Part shown: one piece after another, positions 36,817-46,939 of the stretch
Layout: each line of letters opens with the position of its first letter
Numbering within the stretch: position 1 is the stretch's first letter
Source of the DNA: Methanobacteriota archaeon
Lineage (GTDB): Archaea; Thermoplasmatota; Poseidoniia; Poseidoniales; Thalassarchaeaceae
Assembly (NCBI GenBank): GCA_002722735.1
Contig: PBMR01000009.1
Location: forward strand, 42,881 to 106,880
Direction: 5' to 3'
DNA length: 64,000 nt
Notes under the pieces: generated by a model
Told to the model about the DNA's origin: nothing
The model's database searches: none
What the model saw: the letters and a program-made list of their open reading frames with translations, nothing else
Program-made: the position numbers and the translations under genes

Positions 36817-37905
36817 ATGGGGGGACGACAGATGAGATTTGGGGATACCGTCTATATCAAATCGCCAACGCCCACATTACAGATGCAGCAGGTAGAAGGT
36901 GGATGGAAGTACCTAGGACAATCCGTAAATAGGCTGTGGGACAAGTCCGCTATTGGCCATCCCGACGGGGAAGGGGGATTGATACTATCCGACTCCGAGG
37001 TAATATTCTGCCACGATCACAGAAATTTGCCATGGCCTAGTCCGAATTGGCTGAGTCAATGCATATCGACTAAGCCAAATGTGCTATTCGAAGCCGCGGT
37101 CATGGAAGCCCTGAGGGTTCCTGGGAACAAGATTGTCACCCAATGTCCGATTTACCCATTGGACCTGGATATCTCCGAGGGTACGTGGGGGCTACGTTGG
37201 CCATCAAACTCCCACCCCGGCAAGGAAGAGGCCGAGGCCGAAGTCAGATGGTTTCACTCAACCGATGGTCTGGATGTGGACGATCTGTTTCGATGGTGCG
37301 TTTCCGTCATTGGAAAGGGCAAATTTGCCGAGGTACTTATTGTCGATGACGAGCATTCAGTCGTGACGTACAGGTTGCTTCCATCGGAGCCATCAGGGAG
37401 GGTTCCCCAGCCTACGATCGAAGAGATTTCATCTATATCTTCCATCCAATCAGTTGAACTATCCAACGGGGGGGCATACTTCTCTGGCTTTGGGAACTGG
37501 GCTTGCGAAGCCATAGGGATACCATTGCATGAAGGCCGGCAATTGGGGCCATATGAGATTGAGATTGTCTCAGTGGGAATGGCCGGAACCTCCGCGTGTT
37601 TATCCATCGGTGCTAGCATTTTGCGTGATCTCTTGAAGAGAGGACTCCATCCCCGCCCCGGATTCAAGTACGGCACCCGATGGAGGTGCTACGATGCTCC
37701 TCTCGGAGAGGGGCACGCTCCCTGGTTAGTTATCGATCCCACTGATGCACCAAAGGATTGGGGGGCTGCCTGCCTAGGATCAAGACTGGCATCGGGCGTG
37801 AATAAGCGTTGGCTCCACCCCATCCTCGTCGAAGGGGTTTGGAGGTTCTTGGAAGTAGCTAGGCCACCGCCTGACAGGAGATGGGCAAACCCAACTCGCA
37901 AGTAG
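36817..37905 (+). CDS. endA: tRNA-intron endonuclease (two-repeat, homodimer type)
   Basis: C-terminal repeat RGLHPRPGFKYGTRWRCY...GHAPWL...GVNK carries the Tyr/His/Lys triad; 362 aa. Confidence 0.85.
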   Translation: MGGRQMRFGDTVYIKSPTPTLQMQQVEGGWKYLGQSVNRLWDKSAIGHPDGEGGLILSDSEVIFCHDHRNLPWPSPNWLSQCISTKPNVLFEAAVMEALRVPGNKIVTQCPIYPLDLDISEGTWGLRWPSNSHPGKEEAEAEVRWFHSTDGLDVDDLFRWCVSVIGKGKFAEVLIVDDEHSVVTYRLLPSEPSGRVPQPTIEEISSISSIQSVELSNGGAYFSGFGNWACEAIGIPLHEGRQLGPYEIEIVSVGMAGTSACLSIGASILRDLLKRGLHPRPGFKYGTRWRCYDAPLGEGHAPWLVIDPTDAPKDWGAACLGSRLASGVNKRWLHPILVEGVWRFLEVARPPPDRRWANPTRK

Positions 37906-39936
37906 CTACTCTTCGGCTAGACCGAAATGATGGCTTCCTTGTACATGTTTTCGCGAAGACCCATCCTCGTGGACACCCCTCTTTCCGGTAGCCACAGAGG
38001 CAGCCAATAGCAAGCATATCAGGGAGAGGGCATTTGAAGGGGAATTCAACCAAGCTAAGGTCCCGCCCAGGGGGAATTCACTTTCAGCTTTGATAACTAG
38101 GGGTATACGCTGCTCTAGATTATTCGAGTCGGTAAGAACCAACTCCCCCCTAGCTATCATCCCCGGTTCAAGAAGGCCGGTGGGGGTGACACTCAGAATT
38201 ATAGGATCGCCGGGATATATCGTACCTTGGGAGTCAACCGCCGCGATCCTATTAACAGCGCCGTCAATCGCTATTGAATACGTTCTCGGGCTATCGCCAT
38301 CGTAGTGTGGCATCAGTTCGACAATTGAGTCTTTGTCCCAGGGCACTGTCTGCTCTATTGTTGAGTCGGATACCCGATGCCCAATTAGGTACCAATCAAG
38401 TTTGAAATTGGTTTCAGGCATTCCCTCGCAACCAATAGCACCCATCAAAATGCCATGGTCGGCCGCGACTGCATCAATGGTGAGTATGGGTATTTCATGG
38501 CGACCAGCATCGAGCTGGATTTGAGTCTCCTCGGTTGATGATGAATCAGGCGATAGGTCGACCGATAATGTGCAATTTACTTCCAGGGTGACGTCAGCGA
38601 ACGCTGACTCCGTGGCAAGCAATGCGATAGGTGATCTAGGCGTCATCACGATAGTTTGGGGATCAGAATTCGGGACGAAGTAGACAGTAGCCCTAGTGGC
38701 CGTGAGATTGGAAATGGTGACGGCCCATGGAGCCATTCGGCCCCTTGAGTCACGTATTTTCATCCCCTCATTCCCGAATACATCACCTTCGGTAAAGACA
38801 TCGCCAAGGCTCCCATAGTCTCTGCCCCTCAGCAGGGCGTCATCCCCATCTGCCTCAACGACCTTGGCCCAGGCTTTGCTTGGGTCCGTATTCACGAGAT
38901 TGTCCTCCAAATCGCCGTAGTTTCGATCTTGTTGCTCAACAAGAATCCCATGCCCGGGCAAACCCGCGTCGAATCCTGAATCGGATCTCAACGATATCCA
39001 AATATGTTCTCCAGGTCCTAAGTCAATCCTCAGTTGTGATCCCCCCTCAGAGATTGGAGTTAGAGTATAGGAGTTTGGGGCCGAGGAGTCAATGGCTATT
39101 GTCGAGCTAGCACCTATCAGATCCAATGTTGACGCCCCGGGCATGGAAGGAAGATTTCCATCACCAATCCAATTCCCACTGGCCATAATGTCCCAATCAC
39201 CAAGGCCATTCCATTTTCTCGAAGGTGTTTCACTATGGACGTCATACAAGTCAACAGCGCCCATCTGATGGAGCATCTCGTGAATTATCACGCCCAAACC
39301 ACCATTGACTGATGCCATTGTGTAGTGCGCGAAGGAGAAATCACCAATATTGACGGGATCTTGGAAGGGGGAGTAGTGACTCCAGATCGAAGAGGCTGGC
39401 CCACCTAACTCCTGTGCTTCGCCTGAATGAAGAATCAACAGTCTGTCAACGACTCCATCACTATTGAGATCCCATTGTGAGAGGTCTATGTCGGGTGCTT
39501 GGCCCGATCCACTACCGAGTAAGTTGCTGATTGCTTCTGCGGCCAATTCTGACGCCCCCCCATGGTCCCCACCAACATCCCTCTCTTCGGAGGAATCTTG
39601 TCCCCATTGAGACTCGGAGTATCGTGAATGCCAGATTTCATCCACCATTGTGATGCTGAGGGAAGAACGCCCACCACTCATTTGCTCTATGTAGGATAGA
39701 GCGGATGTTTCACCGTCAATCAGAGCGAGAGGCAGATTTTCAGGAAATTCCTTGCTTGGGAAAGACACCTTCAGAACAAGCCAATGCTCGTCAGTTTGCA
39801 AACCGACGAGTCTGCCTTCATCGTCGAAGTTTAGTGCTTGTCGATCAAATGCTTCATCGACAAAGGTTGAATAAATCTGGGTTAATGTAGCAGCAGCCAA
39901 GAGGGCGACTGCTAGTAGCACGCGAGTTTTATCCAC
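37906..39936 (-). CDS. M6-family (immune inhibitor A-like) metalloprotease, membrane anchored
   Basis: DLNSDGVVDRLLILHSG, IWSH, HEMLHQMGAVDLYD and WDIMASGNW; N- and C-terminal TMs. Confidence 0.88.
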   Translation of the reverse strand: MDKTRVLLAVALLAAATLTQIYSTFVDEAFDRQALNFDDEGRLVGLQTDEHWLVLKVSFPSKEFPENLPLALIDGETSALSYIEQMSGGRSSLSITMVDEIWHSRYSESQWGQDSSEERDVGGDHGGASELAAEAISNLLGSGSGQAPDIDLSQWDLNSDGVVDRLLILHSGEAQELGGPASSIWSHYSPFQDPVNIGDFSFAHYTMASVNGGLGVIIHEMLHQMGAVDLYDVHSETPSRKWNGLGDWDIMASGNWIGDGNLPSMPGASTLDLIGASSTIAIDSSAPNSYTLTPISEGGSQLRIDLGPGEHIWISLRSDSGFDAGLPGHGILVEQQDRNYGDLEDNLVNTDPSKAWAKVVEADGDDALLRGRDYGSLGDVFTEGDVFGNEGMKIRDSRGRMAPWAVTISNLTATRATVYFVPNSDPQTIVMTPRSPIALLATESAFADVTLEVNCTLSVDLSPDSSSTEETQIQLDAGRHEIPILTIDAVAADHGILMGAIGCEGMPETNFKLDWYLIGHRVSDSTIEQTVPWDKDSIVELMPHYDGDSPRTYSIAIDGAVNRIAAVDSQGTIYPGDPIILSVTPTGLLEPGMIARGELVLTDSNNLEQRIPLVIKAESEFPLGGTLAWLNSPSNALSLICLLLAASVATGKRGVHEDGSSRKHVQGSHHFGLAEE

Positions 39937-39980
39937 GGCATCTCGGCCGGACTAGGGGATTTCAAATCAATGCCCCTCTG

Positions 39981-41087
39981 CTATAGCAGTGCGTCGTTAA
40001 GTGAGTTGAGTCGCCAAGACTTGTCCTCCGAGTTCGTTTCGTCCAACCATCCGAGGCCGCTAATCCCGCAACCACGATTGCGTAGAGATGCCCGTAATTC
40101 TTTGGGCAGAGGGGCGCCATCACAACCAGAAACCACCAAGCGGTCTATGCCAGAGTGAAGGACCATGTCAAAGAGAGAGTCTTGCTCAGACGCGTACAGG
40201 CAAAGGGCATTGCACCGAGGAGTGGCTATTCCCGAGGGACGGAATTCTCGCGGGAATCTGGGACACGAGCCCTCGCATCCACAATCCAGCAAGGCGAGCC
40301 GGGGGATTTTGCCCATGGGGTCTAGCGATTTGGAAAGGGCGAGCCGGCGTCTTCCCAATGGGGCAACTGGTACAGTTCGGGACAAAGCGTCGGCGGAATA
40401 TGCGATACAAATAGCAATCAACAGCCTCAGGCCGTCGAATTCCACTGGAAGCGTGATAATCAATGTACCACCCGAGATTACGAGCATCCGGTATCTGAAT
40501 CTTGTCTCTGATCCTTCAATCAAGCCATACAACCTAGCTACGCCGATAGAAACCACTGTCAGAGACCATACTATCATTATCCATGACGCACCGAGGGTTA
40601 GTGAAAACAAGGAAGTCGCATCATAGCTAACACCTACCCCCTCCAGCGAACCCGTCAACTTGGCTAAATCAATGAACTTGGGCATGGCTAAGGTCCAAAT
40701 GACTATGACCAGAAGTGGCACCAGAATCGTGGAGATTAGTAGGACCGTGGACAACCACGAGCGTTCCCTAGGCAGCAATCCAGAATATGAGAACCTTCGG
40801 AAGAGGAGCGATGTCAGGGGTAATGCAGTAGTTAAGGCGAGGACCAATACCAATGACCATCTGATTTCAATCCAATCGAAGGGAGAATAGACGGAGAGGT
40901 TCTCGTTGTTTGGTCCTGTATGGAGGGGCAAAAGATCGAGCCAGGCCGAAATGACATCGCCCACGAGAAATGACCAGAATACGCACAGCAATCCCAATAC
41001 TACAATGATAGTTCTCAACAGCCTATGCAAGTCCGCAAGATGAAAGGAAATTTCCCCCTCGCCCCCATCGACGTGCAATCGGGCCAT
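39981..41087 (-). CDS. divergent TatC-like protein with C-terminal Cys-rich domain
   Basis: FHLADLHRLL, SVYSPFDW and RRFSYSGLLPRER resemble TatC motifs; about 6 TMs; extra ~105-aa domain with 7 Cys. Confidence 0.7.
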   Translation of the reverse strand: MARLHVDGGEGEISFHLADLHRLLRTIIVVLGLLCVFWSFLVGDVISAWLDLLPLHTGPNNENLSVYSPFDWIEIRWSLVLVLALTTALPLTSLLFRRFSYSGLLPRERSWLSTVLLISTILVPLLVIVIWTLAMPKFIDLAKLTGSLEGVGVSYDATSLFSLTLGASWIMIVWSLTVVSIGVARLYGLIEGSETRFRYRMLVISGGTLIITLPVEFDGLRLLIAICIAYSADALSRTVPVAPLGRRRLALSKSLDPMGKIPRLALLDCGCEGSCPRFPREFRPSGIATPRCNALCLYASEQDSLFDMVLHSGIDRLVVSGCDGAPLPKELRASLRNRGCGISGLGWLDETNSEDKSWRLNSLNDALL

Positions 41088-41088
41088 G

Positions 41089-42105
41089 TCACATTAGGTC
41101 CTTTAGCCCGGGTTCCTTTCGAGCCGAGATTACAGTCCTGTAGACTCCGTATGCAGCCCAGGCACTGATTAGGAAAGCAGTGCCAATGGCAAAGTCTGCG
41201 AAATCCACCCCTTGGAATGGCATGGATTGACCGGAAGCAGACCATCTAACACCAAGGTAGAATGCGATGATGGAAACAAGGGCCCTTCGAATCCCTTGAG
41301 GATATGCTAATTCGCTTGCTAGGTACTGGGGCCCGTCATCGTATCGGCGCTCTAGAATCTCACGCTGGACGACTGCACCTACAAGGAGGGCAACGAGACT
41401 GGTCCAGAAGAAGAGGTTTCCTTGAGCGAATACCTTGGCAGCAAGAGCATCCTGTCGCTCTTGCTCGAGTTGCTCGTCAGACTCCTCAATCACGAAGAGA
41501 GTATCATAGGTTCCAACCGAAATCGTCCTAGTCTCCAGAGTGGAGGGGGATTCAGTGGTTGTGACGGTGCCCGGTGCGCTGATTGTGAACGAAAGGAGGT
41601 TCCAGTAATCCATATCATCGGGAACCCCCCCTCCATCGACGGAGTTCCCAACCAGCCAGAACTGAACTGGCCCCAAATCCTCGCTAGGAGCAGTCCAGCT
41701 CAAATGCCAAATGCCGTCACCGTCAGTCTCAGAATGGGAGACGTCGCCAGGGCGACCATCGGCGACTCTAATCTCTTGATCCCCCTCCCACTGGAACGAG
41801 CCTAATGAATCGGCAGAGAGCAGGAATCCGGCTTTGGCATTCCCATTGCCTCCCGAGAGGGTGAGGGAGTCCGCCACGGTAATAGTGAATTGGTACTCCT
41901 GAGATGTCTCATACATCAGGGGGACACCGGTAATCATGACGATTGCACGATCAGAGGGGGCGCCATTATTGTGGCAGGAGCAGCCGAACTTCACAGTGAG
42001 CTCATCATTGGAGTTCGAGGCGCTGGGACCAGCGCTCATGGCAATGGTGGGAATAGAGAGGGCTAACAGAGCAATTAGGCAAATGCCCAGTCTGTTAGCA
42101 CTCAT
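41089..42105 (-). CDS. exported reeler-like (choice-of-anchor V-like) protein with CxCH motif and C-terminal TMs
   Basis: Signal peptide; GCSCH, ITGVP..Y, AGF, VSHS, WTAP and GNSVDG; three C-terminal TMs. Confidence 0.7.
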   Translation of the reverse strand: MSANRLGICLIALLALSIPTIAMSAGPSASNSNDELTVKFGCSCHNNGAPSDRAIVMITGVPLMYETSQEYQFTITVADSLTLSGGNGNAKAGFLLSADSLGSFQWEGDQEIRVADGRPGDVSHSETDGDGIWHLSWTAPSEDLGPVQFWLVGNSVDGGGVPDDMDYWNLLSFTISAPGTVTTTESPSTLETRTISVGTYDTLFVIEESDEQLEQERQDALAAKVFAQGNLFFWTSLVALLVGAVVQREILERRYDDGPQYLASELAYPQGIRRALVSIIAFYLGVRWSASGQSMPFQGVDFADFAIGTAFLISAWAAYGVYRTVISARKEPGLKDLM

Positions 42106-42169
42106 TCGCACTCTATCGCCTGTGTTGCCTCGTCAGCAGGAGTCTCATAACGGTTGGGGGACGTATGCT

Positions 42170-43597
42170 TCACAACTCCTTGATGGCTGCATTCAACTCG
42201 TTCATCATCTTCTTACCGTCACCAAAGAGCATCATGGTGGAGTCCTCGTAGAATAGGTCATTGTCAACCCCCGCATAACCAACAGAAAGGCTGCGCTTAA
42301 TGATGACTACAATTCTAGCAGCATCGGCATTGATGATGGGCATCCCACCAAGCGGCCCCTCGCCGCTTCTGGCCACCGGGTTGACAGTGTCATTGGCCCC
42401 GATTACCAAGGCCACATCCATTTCAGCCATTTCGTTATTGATGTCGTCCATCTCGATCAGCTTCTCGTATGGCACGTTGGCCTCGGCCATTAATACGTTC
42501 ATGTGACCGGGCATCCGACCAGCGACGGGGTGTATTCCGTAACTGACTTCAGCCCCCCTTGCTTCCATCAAATCGGCGAATTCCTTCACAGAGTGTTGGG
42601 CCTGGCTAACAGCCATGCCATAGCCGGGAATTACCACGCACTTGCTGATACCATCACAAATCATGGCAACCTCGACGGGATCACTGCCGACCTTGGTTCG
42701 AGAGAGCTGGGCCTTGTCTGCAGTCCCACCAAATGCCTTGAACAAGACGTCAGGCAGAGTCCTGTTCATCGCCTTGCACATTATGAACGTGAGGATGAGG
42801 CCAGCAGCGCCGACCATTGAACCAGCGATGATGAGGACGTTGTTGCCAATAACGAACCCGGTGAATGCAGCAGCAATGCCAGAGAGGGAATTCAGTAGAC
42901 TGACTACTACTGGCATGTCAGCACCCCCAATTGGCATGACGAATAGCACCCCGAGCAAGCTGGACAGGGCAACGATGCCCCAGATATAATCACTGTTCGA
43001 AGGGTCATCGATGGACAACAAAATCAGGCCCAGCGAGCCTAGCAGAAGGATTACCTTGACGCTATTGAGCCAAGAAGGCCCCCATGTAGGGAATCTGACC
43101 CACTTCCCCGAGAAGGGGATAACGAAGCCGCCCTTGAGCTTCATCATAGCAACGAGGGACCCGGTCAAGGTCATCCAGCCAACTAGCCCAGAGAGGCCAA
43201 TAGCAACCCAAATGACGTAGAGTTCTATGCCCGGATCAGGGATATCGCTCTCCTGAAGCCTATCCAGAACCTCTGAAAGGGCTACCAGCGCAGATGCCCC
43301 CCCACCGAAGCCGTTGAACAAAGCGACCAATTCTGGCATTCCAGTCATTTCGACCCTTGTCGCCATGAAGGCCCCAATAACGGACCCAAGAACCAGACCA
43401 CCGACAATCAGCTCCCAGCCGATTATCCCTTCGGAGTACATCCTAGACAGGGTTACTAAGACGGCCAATAGCATCCCCAAAGCCCCCAATCGGTTACCTC
43501 GTGGAGCAGTCTTGGGGCTGGATAGCTGCTTGATTCCGAAGATGAAAAGAGCTGCGGAGAACAGGTATCCAATATCCCAAACAGCCGCGCTCACCAT
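42170..43597 (-). CDS. pntB: NAD(P) transhydrogenase subunit beta
   Basis: MPELVALFNGFGG, IGGADMPVV, PGYGMAVSQAQ, HPVAGRMPGHMNVL and GANDTVNP motifs. Confidence 0.97.
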   Translation of the reverse strand: MVSAAVWDIGYLFSAALFIFGIKQLSSPKTAPRGNRLGALGMLLAVLVTLSRMYSEGIIGWELIVGGLVLGSVIGAFMATRVEMTGMPELVALFNGFGGGASALVALSEVLDRLQESDIPDPGIELYVIWVAIGLSGLVGWMTLTGSLVAMMKLKGGFVIPFSGKWVRFPTWGPSWLNSVKVILLLGSLGLILLSIDDPSNSDYIWGIVALSSLLGVLFVMPIGGADMPVVVSLLNSLSGIAAAFTGFVIGNNVLIIAGSMVGAAGLILTFIMCKAMNRTLPDVLFKAFGGTADKAQLSRTKVGSDPVEVAMICDGISKCVVIPGYGMAVSQAQHSVKEFADLMEARGAEVSYGIHPVAGRMPGHMNVLMAEANVPYEKLIEMDDINNEMAEMDVALVIGANDTVNPVARSGEGPLGGMPIINADAARIVVIIKRSLSVGYAGVDNDLFYEDSTMMLFGDGKKMMNELNAAIKEL

Positions 43598-43918
43598 TCA
43601 ATCACCGCCCCTGCGTCGTTTGCCGGCGATCATCTCGAGCATCTTGTTGGTAACCATGAAGCCGCCAACAACGTTGATTGTGGCCATGACCAAGGCGATG
43701 AATGCAAACCATGCTGCAGTGCCCGGATCCCCTGAATCGAATGTGGTATTGGAGAGTATGAGCGCACCAACTATGGTAATCCCAGATATGGCGTTGGCAC
43801 CGGACATCAATGGCGTATGCAGCGTAGGGGGAACTTTGCTGATAAGTTCGAAACCGAGGAAGATTGCCAGTACGAAGACCGTGATGCTACCAACAAGCGC
43901 AGCAACAGTAAGGCTCAG
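43598..43918 (-). CDS. pntAb: NAD(P) transhydrogenase subunit alpha part 2 (probable CTG start)
   Basis: FVLAIFLGFELISKVPPTLHTPLMSGANAISG...INVVGGFMVTNKML; the conserved segment extends upstream of the ORF-track start. Confidence 0.92.
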   Translation of the reverse strand: MSLTVAALVGSITVFVLAIFLGFELISKVPPTLHTPLMSGANAISGITIVGALILSNTTFDSGDPGTAAWFAFIALVMATINVVGGFMVTNKMLEMIAGKRRRGGD

Positions 43919-45078
43919 TCTACCGCCCCCGCCAGTCTAGATTGCTTTGGGTGGATTTGCCCGTCACTACAAAGAAGAACACCACCCATTCCGGCAACGT
44001 GTAACTCATCACCCTCTGGTGCGCCAACAAGGACATCGTCTTCCATATCCAACACGAGTGTCCCGTCACTAACGAGCGTTGAGAGGAAGTTAGTCATATT
44101 GTTGGAATATAGCATGCTCGCTGTTGAAGGGAGCTCTCCAGGCAGGTTAGCGATACCGATGATGGCGACCCCGTTGTCCGTGGTCACAATCTCGCCCCGG
44201 CGGGTCAATTCACAATTTCCACCGACATCGGCGTTCATGTCAACTATCACTGCGCCGGGCTTGAAGGTAGAAACAGCCCTCTCAGGGACGGTAATGGGGG
44301 CGGCTCGGCCGAAAATCCTAGCAGTGGTAATCACCACATCAGCATCACGTGCGACCTCGCAAACGGTATCATTGACCCTCTGGATGAACTCTGGAGTCAG
44401 GGGCTTGGCATAGCCTGAATCATCTTCGAAATCATCCATTCCCTCAACCTCGATAAACCGGCCACCGACTGATTCGATCTGCTCAGCTGCCGATCTGCGC
44501 ACATCGGATGCATAGACCACGGCACCAAGCCTCTTGGCAGTGGAGATGGCTTGCAGCCCAGCCACTCCCGAGCCCATGACGACGAATTTTGCCGGACGGA
44601 TGGTGCCAGCGCTGGTAGTCATCATTGGGATGCCCCGGGGCACGTGAGCTGCACCCAAAAGGACGGCCTTGTAACCCGCGAGATTGTCTTGGCTAGAGTT
44701 CACATCCATAGCCTGAGCACGTGACAGCCTACGGGGAATCATGTCCATGCTCAGCAGCGTGATTCCGGCACAAACCGCCTCCTTGACTCTGCTTGGATGG
44801 CGGAAGGGATCTGCGACACAAGCAATAATCTGGCCCTTGGTCATAGGGGATACATCGGGCATGGATATGGATGAGACGATTTCGGATGAAAGTGCTGTTT
44901 TTTGATCTGAGATTGAGGCCCCGGCCTGCTCGTATTCGGAATCATCGTGATGTGACAAGATGCCGGCTGAGTGTTCGACGATAACTTCGAACCCTAGATT
45001 GCACAGCTTTTTGACGGAATTGGGGACGATGGAAACCCTTCGCTCATCCGCCGGCTCCTTCAGTACTCCTAAGCGCAC
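43915..45078 (-). CDS. pntAa: NAD(P) transhydrogenase subunit alpha part 1
   Basis: KEPADERRVS, SRAQAMDVNSSQ.NLAGYKAV, GSGVAGLQAI and GGNCE motifs. Confidence 0.96.
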   Translation of the reverse strand: MRLGVLKEPADERRVSIVPNSVKKLCNLGFEVIVEHSAGILSHHDDSEYEQAGASISDQKTALSSEIVSSISMPDVSPMTKGQIIACVADPFRHPSRVKEAVCAGITLLSMDMIPRRLSRAQAMDVNSSQDNLAGYKAVLLGAAHVPRGIPMMTTSAGTIRPAKFVVMGSGVAGLQAISTAKRLGAVVYASDVRRSAAEQIESVGGRFIEVEGMDDFEDDSGYAKPLTPEFIQRVNDTVCEVARDADVVITTARIFGRAAPITVPERAVSTFKPGAVIVDMNADVGGNCELTRRGEIVTTDNGVAIIGIANLPGELPSTASMLYSNNMTNFLSTLVSDGTLVLDMEDDVLVGAPEGDELHVAGMGGVLLCSDGQIHPKQSRLAGAVD

Positions 45079-45176
45079 TCAGACACCTCTTTGAAATGGT
45101 CCACGTATTGGACGAACCTCCCAATTGAAGACTGTTATTGAAACCGTCGGCCAAAGCCCCTCGAAGCCAAAGTAGC

Positions 45177-45881
45177 TCATGTGAACAGCAGGAGGTAGCC
45201 CAAGTAGAAGACGACAACATCACAGATAGCGTGTGACAACCAGCAAACCCAAATGGAGCGGTGGCGCATGTACAGCCAAGACCATATCGCTGCGGCACCG
45301 AGCAATCCGATGCTGGCCATGACAGTCTGCCACCAGACAAATCCGACCAAGTGCAGAGCGAGGGCGTGGTGCAGTGTGAACATCAGTGCAGATAATGCAA
45401 TTGCCTGTGCTTCGCCACCAAACAGCTCAAATCCCTTGGTGGTGATGAACCACCTGAAAACATACTCCTCTAGCAGGCTGTTCATGAAGATCCAATATAG
45501 CGCTCCAAGCACGTATGTTCGCTTATCCACCAAGCCCGTAGGCCTTAGCTCCGCAATCATTGCAGAGGCGTCTATTGAATCACCTAGGAAAAGCCAGGTT
45601 GCCATGATTATCACAGACATCCCAAGCCCGGTGGCAGCACCCATACGCAATCCCTCGCCGTCGGGCAATGATCGAGAGAGCTCATTACCCTCGATTCTCA
45701 GGTACCACAAGGTGGGGACAATCAGGATCCAAGCCTTGCAGGCCATGAAGAATGCCTGTGTGTAGAGCTCGTCTTCGCTGATTGACAAGCCGTAGATTAT
45801 CGATAGCGATGGGGCGAAACCGACCAACGCTATTGCTACTAGCGCCTGACTCCGCTCGTTCACGCACAACTTATCCACCAA
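45177..45881 (-). CDS. CPBP/CAAX (Abi) intramembrane glutamic endopeptidase
   Basis: EEYVFR, FTLHH and HAICD motifs; multiple TMs. Confidence 0.9.
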   Translation of the reverse strand: MVDKLCVNERSQALVAIALVGFAPSLSIIYGLSISEDELYTQAFFMACKAWILIVPTLWYLRIEGNELSRSLPDGEGLRMGAATGLGMSVIIMATWLFLGDSIDASAMIAELRPTGLVDKRTYVLGALYWIFMNSLLEEYVFRWFITTKGFELFGGEAQAIALSALMFTLHHALALHLVGFVWWQTVMASIGLLGAAAIWSWLYMRHRSIWVCWLSHAICDVVVFYLGYLLLFT

Positions 45882-45961
45882 TAGGTCAATACATTTGTGG
45901 CGACGGAAGTGAACATCTAACTAGCCAAATTCTAAGACCCAGCCCACAGGGCAAACGAATA

Positions 45962-46900
45962 ATGACGACGGGAGCAAGGAAGGTCGCTGTAATCGGAGCA
46001 GGTAATGTCGGAGCCACATGCGCATTCGTCCTCGCCGAGAGAAATGTGGGCGAGATTGTCTTGTTAGACATTTTCGAGGGCTTTGCCAAGGGCAAGGCTC
46101 TGGACATGAGCCAAGGCGGGCGGATACTGAACTACGACGGCCGAGTCACAGGGACCAAGGATTACTCTGACATCGAGGGCTCCGATGTTGTAGTCGTCAC
46201 CTCCGGATTCCCACGACAGCCTGGCATGACACGTGAAGACCTGATTGGGAAGAACGCCGAGATCATCTCACAGGTCGGAGAGGGGATCCGTGAAAACGCC
46301 CCCGAGGCTATCATCATCATGGTGACCAACCCCCTCGATCTCATGACATATCACATGCAACGGATTACCGGCTTTCCACATCACCGTGTCATCGGCCAGG
46401 CCGGAATCCTCGACTGCGCCAGGATGACGCACTTCATCGCCCAGACGCTTGGTTGCAGCAACGAGGACGTGCAAGCCATGGTGCTCGGCGGACACGGCGA
46501 TACTATGGTCCCCCTTCCCCGCTATACCACCGTCAATGGCATTCCAATCACAAGATTGTTGGATGGCGATACCATTGAAGCCATCTGCAAGAGGACTGCG
46601 GGGGGTGGCGGCGAGATAGTCAAGCTGCTTGAGAGGGGTAGCGCTTTCTATGCTCCCGGTAGCGCTGCTGCTATCATGGCTCAATCCGTGCTGGATGACA
46701 GACGGAGGGTGCTACCTTGCAGCGCTTATCTTTCTGGGGAGTACGGCATGGATGACATCTTCATCGGTGTTCCCATTGTTCTAGGCAAGAACGGGGTCGA
46801 GCGGATTATCGAGTTGGAACTCGAGGATTCGGAGCTTGCTAGCCTGCAGAAGTCTGGCTCTTTCTACAAGGAGCAGTTATGTTCCATTCTCGGTTACTGA
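45962..46900 (+). CDS. mdh: malate dehydrogenase (LDH-like)
   Basis: IGAGNVG, GKALD, PRQPGMTREDL, VTNPLD and LGGHGD motifs. Confidence 0.95.
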   Translation: MTTGARKVAVIGAGNVGATCAFVLAERNVGEIVLLDIFEGFAKGKALDMSQGGRILNYDGRVTGTKDYSDIEGSDVVVVTSGFPRQPGMTREDLIGKNAEIISQVGEGIRENAPEAIIIMVTNPLDLMTYHMQRITGFPHHRVIGQAGILDCARMTHFIAQTLGCSNEDVQAMVLGGHGDTMVPLPRYTTVNGIPITRLLDGDTIEAICKRTAGGGGEIVKLLERGSAFYAPGSAAAIMAQSVLDDRRRVLPCSAYLSGEYGMDDIFIGVPIVLGKNGVERIIELELEDSELASLQKSGSFYKEQLCSILGY

Positions 46901-46939
46901 TTACGTTGGTTTCATCCGGTCCAGTGCTCTGGACATGGC

